Below, in pieces: positions 51,688-60,765 of a stretch of DNA of 64,000 bases. This DNA comes from Parcubacteria group bacterium (GTDB taxonomy: Bacteria; Patescibacteriota; Minisyncoccia; Moranbacterales; UBA11712): NCBI GenBank assembly GCA_041659685.1, contig JBAZXV010000007.1, positions 6,348 to 70,347 of the forward strand, read 5' to 3'. Every line of letters begins with the position of its first letter. Positions within the stretch are counted from its first letter, which is position 1. The notes under the pieces were generated by a model. The model saw nothing but the letters and a program-made list of their open reading frames with translations, was not told where the DNA came from and did not search any database. The position numbers and the translations under genes are program-made.

Positions 51688-52293
51688 ATGGGTATTTTTT
51701 TCGGAGTTCCAATCGTCGGAGTATTGATCGCTCTCGGGGCAGTTGTCGCCGAGCAGCTTTTAGCCGTCATTGCGGCCGTGTTATTTCAAAAAGAAATAAT
51801 GCTGGACGTCTATAACCACCTTGGTTTTTTTATAGTTGCGGCGGCAGTCATAGAAGAAGCTTTTAAATATATTGCCGTAAGCCAAATTCTTCGAAAAATT
51901 TTTGATCTTCGGGGCATGAAATTAATTTTTTCCGCCATTATGGCGGGATTATTTTTTGGGTTAACCGAAGTGTTTTTAGTTCTTGTCTCGAACGGAAAGA
52001 ATATAACGGATATCAAAAACCTCGGCAACGACACTCTCTTTTCTCTTTTAACCGTTATTTTAGTTCATATCCTGACAATCTTCATGATTTCTGTTTTGGT
52101 CGCGGTTCGCAGAGAAGATAAAATATTCAACGCATTCAAAATAATAATACCTCCGACCCTTGTCCATCTTCTCTATAATTTCCTCGTAATTCAAAAAGGC
52201 GAATATACAATCTGGCTGGTGAGCGTGACCCTGGCGGTAGTTTTCTTAGTGGACCTGTTTATTTTGTTTTTTAGTTTTCGGGATATTAATTGA
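51688..52293 (+). CDS. PrsW-like intramembrane protease family protein
   Basis: IEEAFK, GLFFGLTE, VH and HLLYN motifs. Confidence 0.7.
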   Translation: MGIFFGVPIVGVLIALGAVVAEQLLAVIAAVLFQKEIMLDVYNHLGFFIVAAAVIEEAFKYIAVSQILRKIFDLRGMKLIFSAIMAGLFFGLTEVFLVLVSNGKNITDIKNLGNDTLFSLLTVILVHILTIFMISVLVAVRREDKIFNAFKIIIPPTLVHLLYNFLVIQKGEYTIWLVSVTLAVVFLVDLFILFFSFRDIN

Positions 52294-52425
52294 CTTTTGC
52301 AACGGAAAAATAAAGCTCCTAATCGCATTACTGACAGCCTGACAGCCGACTTGATTAAATAGTGAAAAGAAATTATACTTATAATCAGCAAGGAATCACT
52401 TCTTTTAATTCGTATTTAGAATTCC

Positions 52426-52977
52426 ATGAAAGAAAAAAAATCATTTTTTGAGAGAATTACGGGCGCCAGCAGAGCGGATGGCGGCAACCAAGGGCAAAGC
52501 CCGTCCTATAACTACCCCCCTCCCCAGCCTTCTTACGGGGGAGGCCACTCCATTCAGACTCAAGCCAGTCCCCAAGATGACTATGCAGTCGAGCCAACCA
52601 CTCAGAACGTTCCTGCGGAACAGGATGAAAGCTGGGCTGGTGATTCAGAGGGACAGCTCACGATTGATGTTTACCAGACCGATAACGATATAGTAATAAA
52701 ATCAACCATCGCCGGAGTTAAGCCCGAGGATCTCGATGTTTCCATAAATAACGACATGGTGACCATTCGCGGTGACAGAAAGAACGAGGAGAAAGTCGAG
52801 GGAGAGAATTATTACTATCAGGAATGCTACTGGGGAACTTTTTCCCGGTCGGTTATTCTTCCGGTGGAAGTGATTGCCGACAAGGCCGAGGCTACGATGA
52901 AAAACGGAATCCTGACCATCCGTCTTCCGAAAGCGGACACAACCAAAACTAAGAGGATACAGGTCAGAGGTTTTTAG
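52426..52977 (+). CDS. Hsp20/alpha-crystallin small heat-shock protein
   Basis: IDVYQT, AGVKPEDLDV, GTFSRSVILP, NGILTIRLPK, IQV. Confidence 0.93.
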   Translation: MKEKKSFFERITGASRADGGNQGQSPSYNYPPPQPSYGGGHSIQTQASPQDDYAVEPTTQNVPAEQDESWAGDSEGQLTIDVYQTDNDIVIKSTIAGVKPEDLDVSINNDMVTIRGDRKNEEKVEGENYYYQECYWGTFSRSVILPVEVIADKAEATMKNGILTIRLPKADTTKTKRIQVRGF

Positions 52978-53101
52978 TAATTTTGGACTTAAAGAAGCTT
53001 TTGGAAACAGGTTTTCGTTTGAAAATCTGTTTTCTTTTCGGCCGGTGTCGGTGGGCAGTATCGCATCGTCTTGTAAGATGGGCAATTTTTCGCTATTCTT
53101 A

Positions 53102-54409
53102 ATGCAGATGCAGAAAAATTATTTATTCATTTTAATAGCATTTTTTATTTTTCCGATTATTGCTCAAGCGGAGGAGATTAACTTGGGAAATTTCGATGTT
53201 AATGAGGTGCGAAGGATCACGGATACCCCGATATTTCTCCATGTGGGAGACAAGAAAATTCCGGTCGATAAAAAAAGCCTTCTTAGCTGGATGAAAATTC
53301 GCCCTTCGCTTAATATTAACCCGGCCTATAATTCTGAAGCAGAGAATATCAATTTTTTTCCGACAGACGATCCGGGAATGGAAATCTATTTCCGTTTTCT
53401 GAGCCGCAACCAAGATAAATATCACGCAAAAATTTCAACCAGCCTGTCGATTGACGAGGATGGATTAAGAAAATATCTCGACGGCGCAAAGAGCGAAACG
53501 CGCGTTGAGCCTGAAAATGCGCGGTTGGCTTTTTCAGACGGAAGGGCTTCCGCCTTCTCCCTCAGCAAAGAAGGCTATGAAATTAACACAGAGAAAAGCC
53601 TTCAAAAAATTATTGAAGCTCTGAAGCAGGATTCTTATGCGAAAGACATCAGTGTTGAATCGGATACGCTGGTCCCTGACGTTTCAAGCAGTAATCTCGA
53701 TAAGTACGGCATCAAGGAACTTGTCGGACAGGGGGTTTCCAACTTTCGGGGCTCTCCCAAAAATAGAATTCATAACATCGATACCGGGGCGTCAAAATTT
53801 AACGGCGTTCTCATCAAGCCGGGCGAGGAATTTTCGTTTATCAAAACTCTTGGCCCTGTTGACGCTTCAACGGGATATCTTCCCGAACTTGTCATAAAAG
53901 TGGATAAGACTATCCCTGAATACGGAGGGGGAATGTGCCAGGTTTCCACCACTGCCTTTCGAGCGGCTCTTAATGCAGGTCTTAAGATAACCGCCCGGAC
54001 CAATCACGCTTATCCGGTGCAGTACTATGCCCCTCAGGGAACGGATGCCACCGTATACATACCGAATCCTGATCTTAAATTCATTAATGACACGCCCGGA
54101 TATATTCTTATGCAAACCCATATTGAAGGAACTCAGCTCACATTTGATTTTTACGGCACCAGCGACGGGCGGCAGGCAAAACTTGTCGGTCCCACCGTTA
54201 CGTCGCGCGGAGAAGGCGGAGCTATGAAAACGGTACTCTATCAGGAAGTTTACGACGCAAGCGGAAATCTTCTCAGAAAGTCCGAATTCAAGAGCAGTTA
54301 CGACTCTCCGAGTAAGTATCCTCATCCGGGTGAAGAAAAGCTGACCGAAAAACCGGCCGACTGGTCAAGCAAAGAATGGAAAGCATATAAAAAAGCGAAT
54401 GGCATGTAA
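53102..54409 (+). CDS. VanW family protein with a putative peptidoglycan-binding domain
   Basis: NRIHNI, IKPGEEFSF, YGGGMCQVSTT, GTDATVY, DLKFINDT. Confidence 0.9.
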   Translation: MQMQKNYLFILIAFFIFPIIAQAEEINLGNFDVNEVRRITDTPIFLHVGDKKIPVDKKSLLSWMKIRPSLNINPAYNSEAENINFFPTDDPGMEIYFRFLSRNQDKYHAKISTSLSIDEDGLRKYLDGAKSETRVEPENARLAFSDGRASAFSLSKEGYEINTEKSLQKIIEALKQDSYAKDISVESDTLVPDVSSSNLDKYGIKELVGQGVSNFRGSPKNRIHNIDTGASKFNGVLIKPGEEFSFIKTLGPVDASTGYLPELVIKVDKTIPEYGGGMCQVSTTAFRAALNAGLKITARTNHAYPVQYYAPQGTDATVYIPNPDLKFINDTPGYILMQTHIEGTQLTFDFYGTSDGRQAKLVGPTVTSRGEGGAMKTVLYQEVYDASGNLLRKSEFKSSYDSPSKYPHPGEEKLTEKPADWSSKEWKAYKKANGM

Positions 54410-54414
54410 ATTTA

Positions 54415-54443
54415 TTGACTTTAGCCGATAAATTGTTTATACT
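54415..54443 (+). promoter_or_regulatory. Promoter of the tRNA cluster
   Basis: TTGACT-N17-TATACT. Confidence 0.7.
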
Positions 54444-54484
54444 CTTCGAGTGTATTTTTATCATGCGAATAGCCGGATATTGAT

Positions 54485-54556
54485 GTCCTTGTAGTTCAAT
54501 GGATAGAACACCAGCCTTCTAAGCTGGTTATGCAGGTTCGATTCCTGCCGAGGACA
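54485..54556 (+). tRNA. tRNA-Arg(TCT)
   Basis: GTCCTTG/CGAGGAC-A acceptor; CCAGC-CT TCT AA-GCTGG anticodon arm. Confidence 0.95.
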
Positions 54557-54559
54557 CAT

Positions 54560-54678
54560 CGAACGGGAAAGGGGTCGGGAAAGCGGGAGTTTTCCCGGGG
54601 TGGAAGAATTGAAACCGCAGGGTTTCAAGGAGCTCCGCCAGCCGGCAGAGCGACGTTCGCTTCCTGCCGAGGACACAT
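54560..54678 (+). repeat. 95-nt structured insert followed by a duplicate of the tRNA-Arg 3' end
   Basis: GTTCG(A/C)TTCCTGCCGAGGACACAT at 54536-54559 and 54655-54678 (23/24 identical). Confidence 0.85.
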
Positions 54679-54698
54679 AATAGGCATAAAAATATTTT

Positions 54699-54771
54699 GC
54701 GTCGTTAGCTCAGTTGGTAGAGCAGGGGACTCTTAATCCCAAGGTCGCAGGTTCGATCCCTGCACGACGCA
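54699..54771 (+). tRNA. tRNA-Lys(CTT)
   Basis: GCGTCGT/ACGACGC-A acceptor; GGGA-CT CTT AA-TCCC anticodon arm. Confidence 0.95.
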
Positions 54772-54822
54772 CAGAAATGATTCCCAAAATATTCACAATT
54801 TATATTTTAGATGTGAATTTAT

Positions 54823-54894
54823 GGCGGCCATCGTTCAATGGCAGGACATTGGGTTGTGGTCCCAAGAACCTGGGTTCGATTCCCAGTGGCCGCC
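54823..54894 (+). tRNA. tRNA-His(GTG)
   Basis: G-1 plus GCGGCCA/TGGCCGC-C acceptor; TTGGG-TT GTG GT-CCCAA anticodon arm. Confidence 0.95.
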
Positions 54895-54901
54895 CAAGAA
54901 A

Positions 54902-54931
54902 CAAAAAACATTCCCTTGGGAATGTTTTTTG
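54902..54931. terminator. Bidirectional terminator between convergent tRNAs
   Basis: CAAAAAACATTCCC-TT-GGGAATGTTTTTTG. Confidence 0.75.
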
Positions 54932-54964
54932 CTGCCTGAATGTCGAAGTTGATATCTGAGATTG

Positions 54965-55036
54965 TGTCCCCGCGAGGAATCGAACCTCGATTTCAGGCTC
55001 CGCAAGCCTACGCTCTATCCGTTGAGCTACGGGGAC
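54965..55036 (-). tRNA. tRNA-Arg(GCG)
   Basis: GTCCCCG/CGGGGAC-A acceptor; TAGGC-TT GCG GA-GCCTG anticodon arm. Confidence 0.93.
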
Positions 55037-55099
55037 GTATATTCTTTGCCTGTATGCCAAAAATCTTAAAGCCTGTGGAAAATACAAGACAGACTATAA

Positions 55100-55669
55100 T
55101 CACAATCCGATTATTCTCTCAAGTCTGTCGATTATTGTCAATTCCTGCCTGATTTCGGGCAAGTATTGAACGAGGACTTCCCGAATTAAAATCGGATTGG
55201 CGGTTCCAATCGGTACGTGAATATGAGGAAGGAAATTTTTTTTACTGTGAAGGCTCAGAATCTTTATATTTTCTTCTGTCTCATAAAATATCCAGAAACT
55301 CTTGAGATCTTCAAACCGGTAAAAATAATTGTCGACCCGCACTCCGTCAGGGCTTATATCCATTTGAATATTCCGCGGTTCCCGTTCGGCGTAAACGTAG
55401 CCCAGGGTGCCGATTAGTATGAAAGTTATGGCCATTAGAATACTGTTTGTCACCAGCGCATAAACGATCACGGCGAGGAGTATTCCGCCCATTGTGAGAT
55501 ACCAGCGGGGATGCTTTTCTTCATGGTCGTATTCAGGCGCTTCCCAGGAAAACGACGGTTCGTCTTCTTCGATATTTTGAATATCCGCTTCCTGATTTTT
55601 TCCTGGATGCGAAGACTGGGCATAAGGCCTTCTGACGGCTTGGCGATTTTTATTTTTTGAAACTTCCAT
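55100..55669 (-). CDS. Conserved 2-TM hypothetical protein with a PH-like C-terminus
   Basis: WEAPEY...WY, two TM helices, LKSFWIFY. Confidence 0.75.
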   Translation of the reverse strand: MEVSKNKNRQAVRRPYAQSSHPGKNQEADIQNIEEDEPSFSWEAPEYDHEEKHPRWYLTMGGILLAVIVYALVTNSILMAITFILIGTLGYVYAEREPRNIQMDISPDGVRVDNYFYRFEDLKSFWIFYETEENIKILSLHSKKNFLPHIHVPIGTANPILIREVLVQYLPEIRQELTIIDRLERIIGL

Positions 55670-55705
55670 TGATATTGATATTCGGATTATTTATTTTTTC
55701 GTAAT

Positions 55706-55795
55706 TGGCGGAGGAGGAGGGATTTGAACCCCCGGTACCTTTTCAGGTACTCCGGTTTTCAAGACCGGTCCATTCAGCCGCTCTGGCACTCCTCC
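55706..55795 (-). tRNA. tRNA-Ser(TGA)
   Basis: GGAGGAG/CTCCTCC-GCCA acceptor; CCGGT-CT TGA AA-ACCGG anticodon arm; long variable arm. Confidence 0.96.
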
Positions 55796-55814
55796 ATGAG
55801 GGAATATACTCATT

Positions 55815-55905
55815 CGGAAGGGGAGGGATTCGAACCCTCGATACGGTTTTAACGCCGTATAACAGGTTAGCAACCTATCGCTTTCAGCCTCTCAGCCACC
55901 CTTCC
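55815..55905 (-). tRNA. tRNA-Ser(GCT)
   Basis: GGAAGGG/CCCTTCC-G acceptor; ATAGG-TT GCT AA-CCTGT anticodon arm; long variable arm. Confidence 0.95.
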
Positions 55906-55911
55906 AGATAT

Positions 55912-56922
55912 TTATTTTAAAAATAGCTTTTTTAGGTGTTTTTTGTTGCTTGATCCCACGATTTCGAAATATTTCCGGACATTTCGCGTGTTTTCAATCT
56001 TTATTTCCTTATTCCTATGTATTCTAGGCTTTAATCCAATATTTTTCAAGATCCCGAAAACCGTAAGGAGAAGCGGCGGGGATAAACTGCAGAAAGATAA
56101 TTTATGATAACAGTAAAACTTATTATTAATGATGTATTTATGTTTGTAGACAGACCCGTCAGTGTCAACAAGCCCTCGCAAGCAGGCTATCTCATATTTC
56201 TTGTTTTGTCTTATCCATCTTGGAATATCGATTTTTTGTTTAATCTTATTGCCGATTTTTAATCCTATTTTTTGCGTGAGAAAAGCCACTAGTTCCGTGC
56301 GAGATATCACAATTGTATCCGCTTTGCTTTTAGGATCCGAATATAAACCAGGAGAAACGCCGAACAAGTCCGTGATCGTTTTTTTTACAAACCGAATATA
56401 GTCTCGATCAGTTTCACGGTTCAATGAAATTGAAACTTGTCTCTTGCTTATGCCTCCGTCTCCCAGGACTATGCCGACAAATTCCGCTAGCTTAGTGGAA
56501 AATGACGGTTTCTTTATTGAGAGTCGCTTATTGATGATGGGATGTTTCTTAAATCTCCCTTCCTTTTCCCACCATTCCCGCCATTTTTTTATTCTTGTTT
56601 TAGGATTGCCGCCAATAATCTTATATTTTTTCAGTACGGCGAGTCCGCCTTTTCGAGCGCCCTTATTGGCGTACCAATAGGGTGAAAGTAATTTAACATT
56701 TTCGGGAATATTGAGAGTCGCTTTTTTTCGGATGATTTTTGCGGCGCTTAAAGGCAAAGTAATTTTTTCCCGTTTCCAGTCTGAAAGAGTTCTTTCGCTT
56801 ATCTTCAATAGTTTGGCGAATTCACGCCAATCCATACCAAGCTTGTTTTTTGCGGCAAAAAGAAAATCCCTCTGCTTTTCCTTTGGGAATTTGACTCTTT
56901 TGGATTTATACCTCTCAGCCAT
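55912..56922 (-). CDS. Free-standing double-motif LAGLIDADG endonuclease-like protein with N-terminal HTH
   Basis: LAEFVGIVLGDGG and CLRGLVDTDGS motifs; N-terminal REFAKLLKISERTLSDWK; very basic. Confidence 0.88.
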   Translation of the reverse strand: MAERYKSKRVKFPKEKQRDFLFAAKNKLGMDWREFAKLLKISERTLSDWKREKITLPLSAAKIIRKKATLNIPENVKLLSPYWYANKGARKGGLAVLKKYKIIGGNPKTRIKKWREWWEKEGRFKKHPIINKRLSIKKPSFSTKLAEFVGIVLGDGGISKRQVSISLNRETDRDYIRFVKKTITDLFGVSPGLYSDPKSKADTIVISRTELVAFLTQKIGLKIGNKIKQKIDIPRWIRQNKKYEIACLRGLVDTDGSVYKHKYIINNKFYCYHKLSFCSLSPPLLLTVFGILKNIGLKPRIHRNKEIKIENTRNVRKYFEIVGSSNKKHLKKLFLK

Positions 56923-56928
56923 GCTTCC
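56905..56928 (-). pseudogene. 5' relic of tRNA-Ser overlapping the endonuclease start codon
   Basis: GGAAGCATGGCTGAGAGGTATAAA versus the tRNA 5' end GGAAGGGTGGCTGAGAGGCTGAAA (19/24). Confidence 0.7.
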
Positions 56929-56960
56929 ATAATGATCTATCTCGTATCTCCGGTCAATGT

Positions 56961-57704
56961 TTATTTTTTAAACGTTTGCCGCGAGATTACCGCTGCGGAG
57001 ACCTTTTTCGCCCCGTTTTGTTTGAGAATCTTGGCGCATTCCTGCAAAGTGGCTCCGGTGGTGGCAATATCATCGACAAGAAGCACTGACTTTTTTTTCA
57101 AGATATTTTCTCCGAAATCAGTTTTAATCGAAAATATCCCTTTGACATTTCTTAGTCTTTCCTGAAAACGGCTTATTTTCATTTGAGCTTTGCTGTTCCT
57201 ATCCCTTTGCAATATTTCAATAACTTTAATTTCCATGGAAGGGGCAAGATTCAGTGATATTTTTTTTGCCAAAAGGAAACTTTGGTTGAATCCCCGCCAT
57301 CGCAATCGTCTCGGATGCAGAGGAACCGGGACTATGAAATCAGGAAGTAAAATGTCGTTTTTTATCAATGCTCTTGTCATAATATCAGAAAGGGGAACCG
57401 AGGAATCAGCCACGAACCGATACTTTAAATTATGAACCAGTCTTCGAATAATTTCACTGTCATATGAAGCGGCGGCTATCAATGAGTCCAGGTATGATCC
57501 CTTTAATTTTTTGCACCGGGGGCATAAAGCGCCCTTTTCAGAAATAAACTTTTCACAATCCGGACAAAGCTGGTAATCAAGCGGATTTATCGCAGGCAAG
57601 CATTCAGGGCAAAGCCAAAATTTCTCTTTTCCGCATCTTAGGCAAGTTATGGGAAAAAGAGTGTCAAGAATGTTCTTTCTTATTAATTTTGAATAGTTTG
57701 GCAT
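56961..57704 (-). CDS. comF: ComF family protein (double zinc ribbon + PRTase)
   Basis: LFPITCLRC, VPVPLH..R...RGFNQS, LLVDDIATTGATL. Confidence 0.92.
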   Translation of the reverse strand: MPNYSKLIRKNILDTLFPITCLRCGKEKFWLCPECLPAINPLDYQLCPDCEKFISEKGALCPRCKKLKGSYLDSLIAAASYDSEIIRRLVHNLKYRFVADSSVPLSDIMTRALIKNDILLPDFIVPVPLHPRRLRWRGFNQSFLLAKKISLNLAPSMEIKVIEILQRDRNSKAQMKISRFQERLRNVKGIFSIKTDFGENILKKKSVLLVDDIATTGATLQECAKILKQNGAKKVSAAVISRQTFKK

Positions 57705-58102
57705 AAAAATAGAAAATTTTTTGCGAAAAGGCCTGAGTTGATTATACATGACAAAAAACGAAACGGAACAGGGGAATAGGCGCGTTGCGGCTTTAATGAC
57801 GCGTTCTCAGAAAATTTGCCCTTTGCGGGTTGCTGTCTTTTCTAAAATATGCTAAAATTAACGATATAAGGGAAAAGACATGTGCGTTTAATCTATGGAA
57901 GAAAATGGAGTAATTTAGATTTGGTCTTCATGGGGCGTTGATCGCATTTGATCTCAAAGAATTAGCTATATAAAAACAAAAATGGTTTGCCGTGTCTTGA
58001 AAGCAGAATATTTTAATATTTTTTTATCTAAACAAGCCCAAGCGGATTTTGAGCGGCTTGTTTTTATTTGAATTCTGGCTCTAAAAGTAACAATCAATCT
58101 TA

Positions 58103-59185
58103 ATGTTCAATTTGTTCGGTTCAAAAAATAGATGTCTGGGATTGGATATCGGGACAACCGGCGTCAAATCAGTAGAATTGAAAAAAGAAGGGAATATGCC
58201 GGTGCTTGTTAATTATGCCATATCTTATGATTCGGGATCCCTTCTGCAGTCCAGCGATCTCGAGATACTGGACGGGCAGACAAAAGAAATAGTGCTGGGA
58301 ATAGTAAAAAAAGCGGGATTTAAGGGAAATCGCGTGGTAGTCGGAATTCCGGGTTTTTTGGCCCTGATATCTTTTATGGAAATCCCTGAAATGCCGAAGA
58401 ATGAAATCGACCAAGCCGTGCGATTTGAAGCGAATAAATATATCCCCACGCCCATTGAAGAAGTAAGTCTCGGATGGGATATTATCGGGAGCTACCAGGA
58501 GAAACCTCTTGAAGGCGGCCAGGTCACCAAACAGAAGCAAAAACTTCAAATAATGGTTGTGACTGTTCCCAACAACGCAGTGGCAAAATTAACCACTATT
58601 GCGAAGGAATCCGGACTGTCTCCGATTGCGATGGAAGTGGAAAACTTTGCGACCGTCCGGTGTCTTGTGGGCAACGACAAGGGGACATTTATGATCGTAA
58701 ACATGGGAGCCAAGGCGACCGATCTCACGATTGTCAGTGACGGGATAGTGCGAGTGACAAGGAGCATCGACGTGGGAGGAGCGGAGATTTCGAGGTCTCT
58801 TGCCAGTGGGCTCGGGATAGACCTGGAACGGGCAGACAAACTCAAGAAGTCTTCTCAAATAGACTTGACCAATCCGAATGACAAATTATCCGGCCTTGTG
58901 GGGCCGGTGATTGGAATGGTTATCGACGAAGTAAAGAGGCTCAGGGAGATTTATCATAAAAAAAATCCCATAAAGAAAATCGAAAAGCTGATTTTTACAG
59001 GAGGAACTTCGAAATTGTCCAGCCTTCTGGACTATTTTGCCAGTGAATTATCCATCGAATGTCAAATGGGGAATTCGCTTGCCAGAGTCGCGGTTGATAA
59101 AAAATACCAGGAAGTAACGGAAAATGTGGCTCCGGAGCTGACAGTGGCTATCGGTTTGGCATTGAGGGGTATTGAGAGCACCTGA
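58103..59185 (+). CDS. pilM: Type IV pilus assembly protein PilM (locus 2)
   Basis: LGLDIGTTGVK, EANKYIP, FTGGTS, AIGLALRG. Confidence 0.92.
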   Translation: MFNLFGSKNRCLGLDIGTTGVKSVELKKEGNMPVLVNYAISYDSGSLLQSSDLEILDGQTKEIVLGIVKKAGFKGNRVVVGIPGFLALISFMEIPEMPKNEIDQAVRFEANKYIPTPIEEVSLGWDIIGSYQEKPLEGGQVTKQKQKLQIMVVTVPNNAVAKLTTIAKESGLSPIAMEVENFATVRCLVGNDKGTFMIVNMGAKATDLTIVSDGIVRVTRSIDVGGAEISRSLASGLGIDLERADKLKKSSQIDLTNPNDKLSGLVGPVIGMVIDEVKRLREIYHKKNPIKKIEKLIFTGGTSKLSSLLDYFASELSIECQMGNSLARVAVDKKYQEVTENVAPELTVAIGLALRGIEST

Positions 59186-59262
59186 GCAATATTAGTTTGA
59201 TAAAAGAGCCGCTTACTGGTAAAATTCAGCCAAGATCAATAAGTTTTAAATAAAAATAAAAA

Positions 59263-59817
59263 ATGGTTACAAATATTAATCTGGTTGCGCCGGAATCTGA
59301 AAATAAGTCTCCGCTAACCGGAAAATCAGCCTTAACATTTTCTATTTTATTAATAGTCGTTGTTTTTCTTGCCTATGGGGCGATTCTTTATTTTGGGAAT
59401 AGCTATTCAAAGCAGAATAGCGAAGTGCAAAGATCAATAACTCAGGAAAAAGCAAAAATGGCCGGTCAAACTTATTCCGATCTTTATGATTTTCAGGAAA
59501 GGCTTATTCTTTTGGATAAAGTTACAAATGATCACGCTTACTGGGACCGTTTCTTCAGAGACTTTAGCCGGTATTTTATTCCCGAGGTTCGTTTGACGGA
59601 TTTTTCGTTTGATGAAAAAGAAGGAATTTTAGATGTTAAGGGAATTGCCGCTAATTTTGAAATGCTGTCCCGCGAGGTCATACTTCTTAAAAGCTATCCC
59701 GGATCGGAAAGCGTTGAATTCAAGAACTCTTCCGAAAAAACATCCGGCGAAAACGGGCAAGGAGGCGTTGAATTCGATGTTACTGTGAAATTAAACGACT
59801 CTGTTTTAAAAAAATAA
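59263..59817 (+). CDS. pilN: PilN-like protein (locus 2)
   Basis: INLV motif, single TM, after pilM. Confidence 0.7.
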   Translation: MVTNINLVAPESENKSPLTGKSALTFSILLIVVVFLAYGAILYFGNSYSKQNSEVQRSITQEKAKMAGQTYSDLYDFQERLILLDKVTNDHAYWDRFFRDFSRYFIPEVRLTDFSFDEKEGILDVKGIAANFEMLSREVILLKSYPGSESVEFKNSSEKTSGENGQGGVEFDVTVKLNDSVLKK

Positions 59818-59826
59818 TAAAAAAAA

Positions 59827-60657
59827 ATGGTTAATAAAATAACCGGAATAAAGGTATTGATTGTTCCTGTAACAGTCGGCATATCTCTGCTCGTGAGTAT
59901 TTTGTTTGTAAAACCGGCCTTTGACGATATGCAGACACAAAGAAAAAAGAGGTCAGAAATCGAAAAGCAACTCACCGATCTTGAAGGGCAAAATAAAAAA
60001 TTGTCTGAGCTAAAGGCAAAATGGGACTCGATGGCCGATGACAAATCATTGGTGGAAGGCGCATTGCCTAATGATGCGAGCATGGACAGCTATATATACG
60101 AACTCAATGAGCGCGCCAGCAGAAGCGGCATATTGATTAACAGCGTATCCGCGAAGGAAAAAACCTCCGGCCTGGAAGATTATTTTTGCGGGAAGGAAAA
60201 GGGGGCTATAGTTTCTTCCGCAAACAGCTCGTCTGATGATGAATCTTCGGGAAACGGCGCCGGTTCGGGTTCTAAGGCGGTAGGCGGCATACAGCCTTCC
60301 TCTTCCTGCGTAAAAGGTTATTCTCTTGACCTGGTGGTAACGGGAAACTGGGAGCAAATAGTTAATTTTTTCAAATACCTGGAGGATACGAATCGAATGG
60401 CGAATATAAGCTCCATTGCCATTAAAAGCAATCCGTCAGGCCAGCCAGGCGAAAGCAATGACTTATTGTCGACGACAATAGGGTTGTCCGTATTTTACAG
60501 AGCAAAGAGCGAAGTCAGCAACTCCAGCATTATCAGCAGCTTGGCAAGCGGCGAAGGTTTTGAAGAAAACGTCATTAAAAAACTAAACAATATCGTATTC
60601 TCTCCGTATGTCGCTCCTTCAATTTCTGAATCGGGAGAGAGAAATATTTTTAAATAA
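59827..60657 (+). CDS. pilO: PilO-like protein (locus 2)
   Basis: TM, coiled coil, ALP, GNWEQIVNFFKYLEDTNR. Confidence 0.75.
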   Translation: MVNKITGIKVLIVPVTVGISLLVSILFVKPAFDDMQTQRKKRSEIEKQLTDLEGQNKKLSELKAKWDSMADDKSLVEGALPNDASMDSYIYELNERASRSGILINSVSAKEKTSGLEDYFCGKEKGAIVSSANSSSDDESSGNGAGSGSKAVGGIQPSSSCVKGYSLDLVVTGNWEQIVNFFKYLEDTNRMANISSIAIKSNPSGQPGESNDLLSTTIGLSVFYRAKSEVSNSSIISSLASGEGFEENVIKKLNNIVFSPYVAPSISESGERNIFK

Positions 60658-60765
60658 TACTTACCCGCTCATTTTTCCTTAGCTGCGAGATATTGGCAAT
60701 TGAATTTTATTTTTGCCGCGCGAAAATAAAAGAATGAGGAAAGAGGGGGCAGGAAGAAAACGGAA

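Noticed and set aside
55912-56922. Intein- or intron-encoded endonuclease
   Set aside because: There is no host extein or splicing-domain motif, and the flanks (6 nt and about 40 nt) are too short for an intron core.
57750-58100. Riboswitch upstream of pil locus 2
   Set aside because: Only a terminator-like hairpin (about 58030-58065) is visible; no recognisable aptamer consensus.
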